Position numbers and translations under genes: made by a program. Under the pieces are notes generated by a model. The model saw nothing but the letters and a program-made list of their open reading frames with translations. It made no database searches and was not told the origin of the DNA. Positions 36,489 to 45,032 of a DNA stretch of 62,426 bases are shown here, piece after piece; the first letter of the stretch is position 1; each line of letters starts with the position of its first letter. Source of the stretch: Minisyncoccia bacterium (GTDB taxonomy: Bacteria > Patescibacteriota > Minisyncoccia > Phycocordibacterales > UBA918); contig JBGSSW010000007.1 in assembly GCA_041736805.1 (NCBI GenBank), positions 1 to 62,426 of the forward strand, read 5' to 3'.

Positions 36489-38110
36489 ATTGTGGTTTTA
36501 TTAAGTAACTGAATTCCAGTTAAAAACATCGCTTTTTGTCGTTCTGGCGCGTCGTCATGCAGTGGAATCATTGATATAAAAAGCAATCCTTCAATTAATT
36601 TTATTACGTCTAAGTCGTAACCTCTTTTAACAAGCGATTCATCAAAATAGTTACCGATAGTTTGGTGCTGAGGTTCAATATAAACAGAAAAATCGTATTT
36701 ATTATTACTTTCTTCTAAGTCAAATAAATCGCTGATAATAAAATCATAATGACTTAAAAAGCTGTGCCTCAACTTTGCTAGGTCATAATTATGGTCTCCA
36801 TATACAGAAGTACCGCCAAAGTTTCCTCTAGGGTCAATCATTTTAAAAATACGACTATGTGGGTCAAATAATATGTTACTTAGACAAGGGTCGCCGTGCA
36901 CGAAAGTGCTACTGGAGTTTTTGTAGATATATTTAGTTATTGCATCTAGCTTATCTTCAAAGTATTTCCAACCCTTAAATTTCTCTCCGTTAATAATAAT
37001 ATTATCGGTGGATAATTTTTGTGCCCAAGATGAGCTTTGTTTTAGCTGCTGTATTCTTTGGAGAGTCTTATTTTTGTATATCTCTTCATAAAATTCAAAT
37101 GGTATATCAGATTTGTATTCTTTGAATAGAGCTAATATGTCAAATAATCTATCAATAATAATAAACCACATTCTTTCATCAAGATGATTGAAGACGAAGT
37201 AATCAGCCAATGTTTGGTAACCATAATATTCAATTGTGTAGTCGACTCGAGCACCATCAAGGTTATAGTCCAACATTCTTGGACTAAAGATTTTTAACTC
37301 ATTGGGGACATTTTTATACCAATTGATTTCATCTAGCAGTTTTTCTTTCTTTGTTCCGGTCTTAGTTATTGTTCCGTAAAGATCGTTATATATTACTGTG
37401 TTAAAGCTTCTGGTTTTTATGAAATCAATTTTTGCGCTGTAATAATTTTCAATGTTTCCACAATCATAATAGTCAGTTGCAGGCACTAAAGTAAAAGGGT
37501 GAGGATATTTCTCCAGCATGTCGTGTATCTCTATCACTTCTTTATTTGATACTAGATTAGACAAAATATTGGTAAATTGATTTATGTCATTAAGAAAATA
37601 AAGTCCAGCTAGAACTTTGCCTGAGCTATTGTACACATCTGGTTTATTGATGAAGGAGAGTCCCGCATTAGTTTCCTCGACAAAACACCACTTCTTTGAT
37701 GATTCGTATTTACTCGCAGTGACCAGAAAATTATCACTAAAATCCAAAGGCCCTTTGTATATAGTGTCTCCTAAGTAAATGAGGACCGATTTATCCTGGC
37801 TTAAATTTTTTAGAGCTAAATAAATTGAATAACCAATACCTCGGCTATATTGAGTGTTTCTTTCTATATTGATATTAAGCCGCTTTCCAAATTTTTTAGA
37901 AATGTAGTTTTCGGTGTGTTTGTCGGTATCGCTAAGTATTACCGAAACATTCCTTATTTCACGACTAATAAGATCATCCAAGATGTAACCGATTATAGGC
38001 TTACCATTGATAGGTAGCATGGTATCGGGTAAGTCAGTATGAATCAGTAGGTTATTAGTAGGCTTACCAGCCGCAGGGATGATTACATGTAAATCAAGAG
38101 GATTTGGCAT
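36485..38110 (-). CDS. Fusion: nucleotidyltransferase plus APH/choline-kinase-fold kinase
   Basis: N-terminal VIIPAAGKPT..LPINGKPIIGYILDDL. C-terminal Brenner motif VHGDPCLSNILFD followed by MIDPRG. A 4-nt ATGA overlap joins it to the next gene. Confidence 0.75.
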   Translation of the reverse strand: MPNPLDLHVIIPAAGKPTNNLLIHTDLPDTMLPINGKPIIGYILDDLISREIRNVSVILSDTDKHTENYISKKFGKRLNINIERNTQYSRGIGYSIYLALKNLSQDKSVLIYLGDTIYKGPLDFSDNFLVTASKYESSKKWCFVEETNAGLSFINKPDVYNSSGKVLAGLYFLNDINQFTNILSNLVSNKEVIEIHDMLEKYPHPFTLVPATDYYDCGNIENYYSAKIDFIKTRSFNTVIYNDLYGTITKTGTKKEKLLDEINWYKNVPNELKIFSPRMLDYNLDGARVDYTIEYYGYQTLADYFVFNHLDERMWFIIIDRLFDILALFKEYKSDIPFEFYEEIYKNKTLQRIQQLKQSSSWAQKLSTDNIIINGEKFKGWKYFEDKLDAITKYIYKNSSSTFVHGDPCLSNILFDPHSRIFKMIDPRGNFGGTSVYGDHNYDLAKLRHSFLSHYDFIISDLFDLEESNNKYDFSVYIEPQHQTIGNYFDESLVKRGYDLDVIKLIEGLLFISMIPLHDDAPERQKAMFLTGIQLLNKTTI

Positions 38111-38240
38111 GGATTAAATTATATAGGATTAATTAACAATATCTACCTATGCTTTATATAACGGAGGCAATGGGAGATGTGTACCTTGCTTTGTCGACTT
38201 TGTATGCTGTAATACTAGCCGATTAAACTTTCTAAATAGT

Positions 38241-39428
38241 TTATTTCGAGTTTAGCTTCTTTAAGTAAGGAAGAATTCCATACTTTTCTAAAATTGGCCT
38301 AAAAAATAACTTGGTTTGGAATCTCAGGTTCTTCATATTTAATCCTAGGTTTAATATACTCCAAGGATTCACTATTTTTTCAAAATGTCTTTTTGAACAT
38401 AAGTTTAGTCTTTCATGATTGATTGAAGGAGCAACAACGATTTCTTCAATGCGTTCTTTCCAGAAAAGTGGAATTTCACTTAGGGATATCTTTAAATCCG
38501 TACCATATTTATTGTCTCTAAAACTAAAGTTTTTAGCGCAAGGATTTATATTGGTATAGCCGATTTTATTTTCGCTAAATCCGTAAGCAATTTTTATTTT
38601 ATTTTCAAAAAAACCAGGTGGAATAAAAAGTACAGGTTCAATATCAGAACTAATTTCATTTATACTTCCTTGCATATGTTCATAGCCGTCAAAATGTGCA
38701 CACAGCTTTTTTTTAGGTACAACCAGTATGTGGTTTTCTAGTGGAACATCATTTATGTCTTCAAGTCTTCTTATTGGACCGTCAGTTTTATTTGTTGAGT
38801 TGAACAATTTCTTCATAGTGTCTATGTGAAGAATTTGAATCGAATTGAAATCGCCATAAGGACGATTAAAAATTATTAAGTCCTTATCTTCTTCCAGTAG
38901 CGTGGTGTCATTACCGAAATATATATGGTTGGCACTTTTTGGCCGACTAGCCTGAAAATATTCACTATAGTGTGAGTATATTACAGATACAAAAGGGAAC
39001 TGGACCATTAATTTTTCTGCTTTTGACAGCAGTTTCTCTATGTATCCGATATCTGAGGGGTGGCTAATTAGTAAAGGATGGTCATTGTTTGGTGAATAAA
39101 ATATCCAAGGGTCATCCATTTTTTCTAATACTTTAAGTGATTCTAGATAATCACCTTTAGAATCACTTCGCTCGTGTTCGATTATGGCTTTAGGGAAGAG
39201 TTTTTTTATATAGTCATCAAAATCAGGAACAAGTGACTTGTCTTCAATTTCATATTTAATATAGACATTTGACCAAGGGTAAACGGAATAACTAGAGAGA
39301 GTATATTTAACAATATCAATCTTTTTAGGCATAGAGTAAATACTACTTTTACTTCTGACATTATCAGGTATAGGTCCTTTTTTTGTTAAAGGTGTGTCTG
39401 TAATAAATGTATCAAAATATAAAATCAT
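38241..39428 (-). CDS. Hypothetical protein in the glycan locus, no recognisable domain
   Basis: 395-aa ORF, co-oriented, 6 nt downstream of fcl. No motif that I can assign. Confidence 0.6.
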   Translation of the reverse strand: MILYFDTFITDTPLTKKGPIPDNVRSKSSIYSMPKKIDIVKYTLSSYSVYPWSNVYIKYEIEDKSLVPDFDDYIKKLFPKAIIEHERSDSKGDYLESLKVLEKMDDPWIFYSPNNDHPLLISHPSDIGYIEKLLSKAEKLMVQFPFVSVIYSHYSEYFQASRPKSANHIYFGNDTTLLEEDKDLIIFNRPYGDFNSIQILHIDTMKKLFNSTNKTDGPIRRLEDINDVPLENHILVVPKKKLCAHFDGYEHMQGSINEISSDIEPVLFIPPGFFENKIKIAYGFSENKIGYTNINPCAKNFSFRDNKYGTDLKISLSEIPLFWKERIEEIVVAPSINHERLNLCSKRHFEKIVNPWSILNLGLNMKNLRFQTKLFFRPILEKYGILPYLKKLNSK

Positions 39429-39434
39429 AGATAT

Positions 39435-40361
39435 TTAAGAGTTTGAACAATACCACCCGTAAGTTTTTTTAATGCCACCTTCTAGTGTTACTTTGTGTTT
39501 GAAACCAAGTGAATGAAGTTTACTGACATCAAGTAGTTTTCTTGGTGTTCCGTCGGGTTTGCTTTTGTCCCATTTAAGTTTGCCATTATATCCAATTACC
39601 TTTGCAATTGTCTCGGCTAGTTCTTTAATTGTAATATCTTCTCCTGTGCCAATATTTATTATTTCATACCCATCGTAAGTATTCATTAGCTGAATACATG
39701 CTTCAGCTAAGTCGTCGACGTATAAAAATTCCCGCCTTGGTGTACCACTACCCCAGAGAGTCACATCCTCCGAATTATTTTCCTTGGCTTCGTGGAAGCG
39801 TCTTATGAGGGCAGGGAGGACGTGTGAGGTTTCCAAATCAAAGTTGTCGTTTGGTCCATAAAGGTTAGTAGGCATGACACTAATAAAATTACTCCCATAT
39901 TGCTTACGATAACTTTGACACATAATTATTCCGGCTATTTTGGCTATAGCGTAAGCGGCGTTGGTCGCTTCAAGCGGACCTGTCAATAGAGACTCTTCTT
40001 TAATTGGTTGGGGAGCGAGTTTGGGATAGATGCAAGAACTACCTAAGAAGAGAAGTTTTTTTACTCCTGATTGGTGGGCGGCGTCAATCAAGTTGGTTTG
40101 AATAATAAGATTTTCCCGAATAAAATCCGCCGGATAAGTTTTGTTGGCCATGATGCCGCCCACCTTAGCAGCTGCTAAAAACACATATTCTGGTTTTTCT
40201 GCTACAAAGAAAGCATTTACTGCTTTTGTGTCGAGTAGATCAAGCTCAGTCCTTGTTCGGGCCAATAGGTTTGTATATCCAGCCGCGGTCAAATTTCTAA
40301 CAAGTGCAGAACCTACTAAACCACGATGTCCGGCAATGTAAATTTTTGAGTCCGGTTGCAT
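39435..40361 (-). CDS. fcl: GDP-L-fucose synthase (GDP-4-keto-6-deoxymannose 3,5-epimerase/4-reductase)
   Basis: [15 protein letters not shown], catalytic YAIAK and [11 protein letters not shown]. Confidence 0.88.
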   Translation of the reverse strand: MQPDSKIYIAGHRGLVGSALVRNLTAAGYTNLLARTRTELDLLDTKAVNAFFVAEKPEYVFLAAAKVGGIMANKTYPADFIRENLIIQTNLIDAAHQSGVKKLLFLGSSCIYPKLAPQPIKEESLLTGPLEATNAAYAIAKIAGIIMCQSYRKQYGSNFISVMPTNLYGPNDNFDLETSHVLPALIRRFHEAKENNSEDVTLWGSGTPRREFLYVDDLAEACIQLMNTYDGYEIINIGTGEDITIKELAETIAKVIGYNGKLKWDKSKPDGTPRKLLDVSKLHSLGFKHKVTLEGGIKKTYGWYCSNS

Positions 40362-40477
40362 ATTGCTGCTTATGATACCACTTATGTAACTAGCTTAAGT
40401 TAAAGGGAGTTACTTGCTTTTTTCAGTAATTTATGCTATAATAAAAAAGTAAATCAACCCGTTCTTTAGGAGAACCC

Positions 40478-41083
40478 ATGAACGCAGTAAAAGGTTTGGC
40501 CGCATCCATATACGACCACTTCTGCAGCCAGTACACCAAGGCACCGGTGGCAGCAGATGTCGCTTTCGTCTTTGGAAGAAATGACCTCTCTCTCGCCTCT
40601 GCCGCCAGCTGGCTGTGGCGCGGTGGATTTGTGAAAAACATCCTGGTCACAGGCGGCGTCGGCAAGGACTCCGGCAACCTGTTGATTCCCGAAGCCGATT
40701 TCCTGGCAGAGCACATTCACGGCGGTGGAGTGCCAAGTAGCTCGATCTTCGTCGAGCCCAAGGCCACCAATGGTGGCCAGAACACTCGTCTGGGAATGAA
40801 GATGGTTCGGAGGGCGGAAATTCCGCACAAGAAGATTATTCTGGTGGGTCACGCCACCAACCTGCTTCGACTCTTCGCGGCCCATACCTACATTTCTCGC
40901 GAAGAGCTGGGAATCGATAGTGTCGAGTACCAACTCTTTGCGCCGCGCTACGAGCTGAAGGAAGGAGATGAGGAAGTCCTCATCTGTGAGTACAAGCGCT
41001 TGCTTGAGTGGCCCACCAAGCAGTGGGCAGACCGAATCGATCTTCCGCTCGCTTTGACCGACGAACTGATGGTCTTGCAATAA
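40478..41083 (+). CDS. DUF218 (YdcF-like) family protein in a GC-rich, opposite-strand island
   Basis: 201-aa ORF with AGGAG 5 nt before the ATG and TGcTATAAT upstream. GC is strikingly higher than in the neighbours. Minus-strand ORFs here are shadows. Confidence 0.75.
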   Translation: MNAVKGLAASIYDHFCSQYTKAPVAADVAFVFGRNDLSLASAASWLWRGGFVKNILVTGGVGKDSGNLLIPEADFLAEHIHGGGVPSSSIFVEPKATNGGQNTRLGMKMVRRAEIPHKKIILVGHATNLLRLFAAHTYISREELGIDSVEYQLFAPRYELKEGDEEVLICEYKRLLEWPTKQWADRIDLPLALTDELMVLQ

Positions 41084-41115
41084 AGTGTCAGCTCCCGCTC
41101 TTTAGGAGGCACAGT

Positions 41116-41145
41116 AGGCCCCCAATCTTTAAGATTGTGGGGCCT
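41116..41145 (+). terminator. Hairpin terminator after the GC-rich DUF218 gene
   Basis: aggcccccaatctt-t-aagattgtggggcct (one bulge), followed by an A/T-rich tail. Confidence 0.5.
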
Positions 41146-41163
41146 AAATAATTTTTATATTGA

Positions 41164-41877
41164 CTATTTTCGTTTGAAACAGTAGCCAACCAGACTAATG
41201 CCAACAGGCATAGATAGATTTCTTTTAATTAAAAAGTTATCAAACTTTAAAAGGTGGTAGAAGATAGTGTTTAACCAAGTTGGTACATTACCTTGGTCAA
41301 CTTTAGGTTTAGAATTTTTATTTAGTAGACGAGAAATTGCCATCGGGATGAATAGTAGAGTGTTCCAAAAGAAAATATTTGTTTCAAAATTTTCTAAAAG
41401 AGAGCTGATAGTTTTTTTGTTGTATCTTCTGAAGTGTTGCAGGGCAACGTCGTGACTACTAAATAGGAATTGGAAGGCGGGAACAGTAAAGACCAAAACT
41501 CCGTCTTTTTTAAGGACGCGATGAACTTCACTAGCGGCTTTGACATGGTCATCAATATGCTCAAAGACATCACAAGATACTACTACGTCAAAAAAACCAT
41601 CCTCGTAGGGCAGTGTGCAAGCATCGGTAACTTTTTTTTCTAGATACAATTTGGCATCAATGACAGAGAGAGATTTTTCATCGACGTCAGTTATATAGTT
41701 TTGACCATACCTACTAAGAACATCTAAGTCGTCTCCTGTGCCTACACCAATACTTAAAATTTTTAATTGTTTACTATCACCACAAGTCTTCTTCATTAAA
41801 GAGTCTATCAGCTCTTTTTTAGCTTTAAACCAAAAATGTTCGTTCGTTTGACCAGCTTCAAAATCTTTGTAGTCCAT
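41164..41877 (-). CDS. Class I SAM-dependent methyltransferase
   Basis: ILSIGVGTGDDL and DVVVSCDVFEHIDD. Confidence 0.75.
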   Translation of the reverse strand: MDYKDFEAGQTNEHFWFKAKKELIDSLMKKTCGDSKQLKILSIGVGTGDDLDVLSRYGQNYITDVDEKSLSVIDAKLYLEKKVTDACTLPYEDGFFDVVVSCDVFEHIDDHVKAASEVHRVLKKDGVLVFTVPAFQFLFSSHDVALQHFRRYNKKTISSLLENFETNIFFWNTLLFIPMAISRLLNKNSKPKVDQGNVPTWLNTIFYHLLKFDNFLIKRNLSMPVGISLVGYCFKRK

Positions 41878-41943
41878 ACTAATTTAAAATCATGTTAAAA
41901 GTTCGTTTGATTCTATACTACAGTAATTATACATACTAGTTAT

Positions 41944-42999
41944 TTAATAAAGAATTGGTTGATTATTTTTTACTAACTCAAAATCATGTTTAACCATTCG
42001 TTTAGCTAGTTCAGAAAATTTAATATTAGCTTGCCAACCAAGCTTTTCTTTTGCTTTACTAGGATCACCTAGTAGGAGATCAACTTCAGTTGGTCTGAAA
42101 TATTGGGGATTTATTTTAATAATTTGTTTGTTAGTCTTACTATCTATACCAACTTCGTCTACACCTTTTCCTTGCCAAGCTAAGTCTATCTTTAGTTCTG
42201 CACAAGCCGCTTCAATAAATTCTCTGACACTGTGAGTTTCGCCGGTAGCAATGACAAAGTCTTCCGGAGTGTCTTGCTGTAGCATTCTCCACATTGCTTC
42301 AACGTATTCTGGTGCGTAGCCCCAGTCTCTTTTAGCATCAAGATTCCCAAGTTCTAGTACCTCCTGTTGACCTAGTTTTATTTTGGACAGTCCAATGGTA
42401 ATTTTGCGAGTCACAAAATTATATCCCCTCCGTTCACTTTCGTGATTGAAGAGGATACCATTACAAGCAAACATACCGTAAGCCTCGCGATAGTTTTTAA
42501 TTATCCAAAAGCTGTATAGCTTGGCGACACCGTATGGGCTGCGGGGATAAAAGGGAGTAGCTTCACTTTGAGGTGTTTCCATTACTTTTCCATAGAGTTC
42601 TGAAGTGGAAGCTTGATAGAGCTTGGTTTGGTTTGTTAAACCAAGAGAGCGGATGGCTTCAAGAAGTTTTAAGGTACCTAACGCATCTGTCTCAGCTGTT
42701 ACTTCAGGAATCTCAAAAGAAATTTTTACGTGACTTTGGGCAGCTAGATTATAAATCTCATCAGGTCTAATGGTATGGATAAGATTAGTTAGACCGACAG
42801 AGTCTGTTAAGTCTCCGTAATGAAGGAATAGCTTTTTGTTAAGAATTTTTGGGTCATTGTATAAATGGTCGATTCGCCATGTGCGTATAGAACTCGACGG
42901 TCGCTGGATGCCGTGTACCTCATAACCCTTGGCTAAAAGTAGTTCAGCCAAATAAGAACCATCCTGTCCAGTGATACCAGTTATCAGTGCTTTTTTCAT
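41944..42999 (-). CDS. gmd: GDP-mannose 4,6-dehydratase
   Basis: [31 protein letters not shown] and a YGVAKLY catalytic region. The start is set at the internal ATG that begins the conserved N-terminus. Confidence 0.9.
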   Translation of the reverse strand: MKKALITGITGQDGSYLAELLLAKGYEVHGIQRPSSSIRTWRIDHLYNDPKILNKKLFLHYGDLTDSVGLTNLIHTIRPDEIYNLAAQSHVKISFEIPEVTAETDALGTLKLLEAIRSLGLTNQTKLYQASTSELYGKVMETPQSEATPFYPRSPYGVAKLYSFWIIKNYREAYGMFACNGILFNHESERRGYNFVTRKITIGLSKIKLGQQEVLELGNLDAKRDWGYAPEYVEAMWRMLQQDTPEDFVIATGETHSVREFIEAACAELKIDLAWQGKGVDEVGIDSKTNKQIIKINPQYFRPTEVDLLLGDPSKAKEKLGWQANIKFSELAKRMVKHDFELVKNNQPILY

Positions 43000-43107
43000 A
43001 GTTTTATATTCTAACAGATTGAAATCAAAATAGGTTACAAAGCCCAAAATATTTTTTGTGAAATTCTTGAAAGTAACTAAATTTTACTACTATTAGTAAT
43101 AGTAATT

Positions 43108-43836
43108 ATGAAAAAAGAAAATAAACAGAAGACGATTGTTATCTCGGGGGGATTTGACCCAATTCATCCTGGACATATTGCCATGATTGAATCGGCGGCA
43201 GAGTACGGTGAGGTACATATAATAGCTAATAGCGACGAGTGGTTGGTCCGCAAGAAGGGTTTTTTCTTCCAGCCTTGGGCAGACCGCAAGAAGATACTCG
43301 AAGCGTACACCCCTTATGTTTATGGTGTCGATGATAGTGACGGCACTGTCTGTGAAGCTCTACGGAGAATCAAGCCTGATTATTTTGGTAATGGTGGAGA
43401 TAGAAAAAAAGACAACACTCCGGAACTGGACGTTTGTGAAGAATTGGGAATTGAACCGGTTTTTGAACTGGGAGGAGGGAAATATAGTTCTAGCTCAGCT
43501 ATTAATGGGCAGCAGCGAGTTGCGACTCGTTGGGGTTGGTACGACGTGATTTTGGATATGCCGAAACTAAAAGTGAAGATGCTGCATATTGAAGCTGGCA
43601 AAACTCTATCTTTGCAGCGTCACGAGAAAAGAAGTGAATTCTTTTTTATGCCCAATGGGGAAGTGCAGATTAATTTACCAGGAGTTTGGCATGCGCCAAC
43701 TGCGCCACTTAATATGGATTTAAATATTCTTGAAGTACAGATAGGTGAATCAGAAGAACATGATATTGAGAAGATTTCTGAACAATCAGAAGAGTTTGCT
43801 AAAGAGGTGGAGAAGAAGATTCATTTGAATAAGTAA
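43108..43836 (+). CDS. Fusion: cytidylyltransferase-like nucleotidyltransferase plus cupin (type II phosphomannose isomerase-like)
   Basis: N-terminal SGGFDPIHPGHIAMI (HxGH). C-terminal RWGWYDVILD..KVKMLHIEAGKTLSLQRHEKRSEFFF. Confidence 0.7.
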   Translation: MKKENKQKTIVISGGFDPIHPGHIAMIESAAEYGEVHIIANSDEWLVRKKGFFFQPWADRKKILEAYTPYVYGVDDSDGTVCEALRRIKPDYFGNGGDRKKDNTPELDVCEELGIEPVFELGGGKYSSSSAINGQQRVATRWGWYDVILDMPKLKVKMLHIEAGKTLSLQRHEKRSEFFFMPNGEVQINLPGVWHAPTAPLNMDLNILEVQIGESEEHDIEKISEQSEEFAKEVEKKIHLNK

Positions 43837-43852
43837 GTGGTTGAGAGGGGGG

Positions 43853-43885
43853 AAAAGAGGGGCGGCCGTAGGCCGCCCCTCTTTT
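43853..43885. repeat. GC-rich palindromic hairpin, copy 1 (terminator-like)
   Basis: aaaagaggggcggcc-gta-ggccgcccctctttt. The 25-nt core gaggggcggccgtaggccgcccctc is identical to 44931-44955. Confidence 0.85.
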
Positions 43886-43911
43886 TAGCTTGGTGTTATA
43901 ATGTGTTTACT

Positions 43912-44814
43912 ATGCCTAAAAAATCTATTACAAAAAAAGATGAATTTGTAATTTATCAAGCCAAGTCAGGAGCCCTAGAGTTACGAGGTGATTTTGTTAA
44001 TGATACGGTTTGGGCCACACAAGCTCAGATGGCAGAAGTTTTTTCTGTTGACGTACGTACTATAAATGAACATTTAAATAATATTTATAAAACAAAAGAA
44101 TTATTAAAAAATTCAACTATCCGGAATTTCCGGATAGTTCGCAAAGAAGGTAATCGAGACGTCGAGAGAAATATACTGTACTACAACCTCGACGCTATTA
44201 TTTCAGTCGGATACCGTGTCAATTCTAAGACAGCTACAAACTTTCAAATTTGGGCCACGAAAACCCTAAAACAACACATTGTTCAAGGTTACACCATAGA
44301 TCCAAAGCGAATCACGAAAAACTACGAAGCCTTTATGGAGTCAGTGAGTAAAGTACAGTCCTTGCTGCCTGTTAGTAATGAAATTGATTCAAAATCGGTT
44401 TTAGAATTGGTTAGGTTATTTGCTGACACTTGGTTTTCTCTTGATGCCTATGACAAGGAAACTTTGGCACCTGCCAAGATGAGTAAAAAGAAAGTTCGTC
44501 TTACAGCTAAAGAACTACAGGAAAGTATTTCTATTTTGAAGCAAGAACTTGTGGTCAAGAGAGAAGCGACTGAAAATTTTGCCCATGAACGAAATCGTGA
44601 AAGTGTAGAGGGGATTGTCGGTAACGTCATGCAAAGTTTTTCTGGACAAGAATTATATCCAACCATTGAGTCTAAAGCTGCTCACCTCATGTACTTCATT
44701 ATTAAGAATCATCCATTTATAGATGGAAATAAACGGTCAGGGGCTTACGCCTTCATTTGGTTCTTACATAAGGCTAAAGTACTAAACACCAAGCAACTAA
44801 CACCAAGCAACTAA
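43912..44814 (+). CDS. RhuM-family N-terminal domain fused to a Fic/Doc (death-on-curing) domain, 3'-truncated by a frameshifting duplication
   Basis: RhuM-like FVIYQAKSGALELRGDFVNDTVWATQAQMAEVF..LDAIISVGYRVNS. Fic motif HPFIDGNKRSGAYAF. The reading frame resumes in another frame and runs to 44903. Confidence 0.75.
   Translation: MPKKSITKKDEFVIYQAKSGALELRGDFVNDTVWATQAQMAEVFSVDVRTINEHLNNIYKTKELLKNSTIRNFRIVRKEGNRDVERNILYYNLDAIISVGYRVNSKTATNFQIWATKTLKQHIVQGYTIDPKRITKNYEAFMESVSKVQSLLPVSNEIDSKSVLELVRLFADTWFSLDAYDKETLAPAKMSKKKVRLTAKELQESISILKQELVVKREATENFAHERNRESVEGIVGNVMQSFSGQELYPTIESKAAHLMYFIIKNHPFIDGNKRSGAYAFIWFLHKAKVLNTKQLTPSN
44787..44814 (+). repeat. Exact 14-bp tandem duplication (caccaagcaactaa x2) that creates a premature stop
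   Basis: 44787-44800 equals 44801-44814. Removing one copy restores ..KQLTVLTILIAESNPKDKEKMVSLVLALITKR*. Confidence 0.9.
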
Positions 44815-44919
44815 CAGTCTTAACTATTTTGATTGCAGAAAGTAATCCTAAAGATAAAGAAAAAATGGTATCGCTTGTTTTGGCTTTGATTACTAAGAGG
44901 TAATAAGTTGGCTAAATGA

Positions 44920-44966
44920 AAAGGTAAAAGGAGGGGCGGCCGTAGGCCGCCCCTCCTTTTACCTTT
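44920..44966. repeat. GC-rich palindromic hairpin, copy 2 (22-bp stem, terminator-like)
   Basis: aaaggtaaaaggaggggcggcc-gta-ggccgcccctccttttaccttt. Confidence 0.85.
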
Positions 44967-45032
44967 AAAGCGATATTTTTTACAATCGTCTAGATTATAG
45001 TCCTTTTTGAAATATGGTATATTTGCAGCCAT

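Noticed and set aside
40423-41080. Minus-strand ORFs 40423..40716 and 40466..41080 (97 and 204 aa).
   Set aside because: They are antisense to the DUF218 gene (40478..41083), which has an SD, a promoter, a terminator and family-like sequence. Long antisense ORFs are expected in a GC-rich segment.
43837-45032. GTG 43837 start for the RhuM/Doc gene, and the minus-strand ORF 44820..45032.
   Set aside because: Both run through the GC-rich palindromes (translated as ..RGGRRPPLF.. and ..RRGGLRPPLL..). ATG 43912 begins the conserved RhuM N-terminus.
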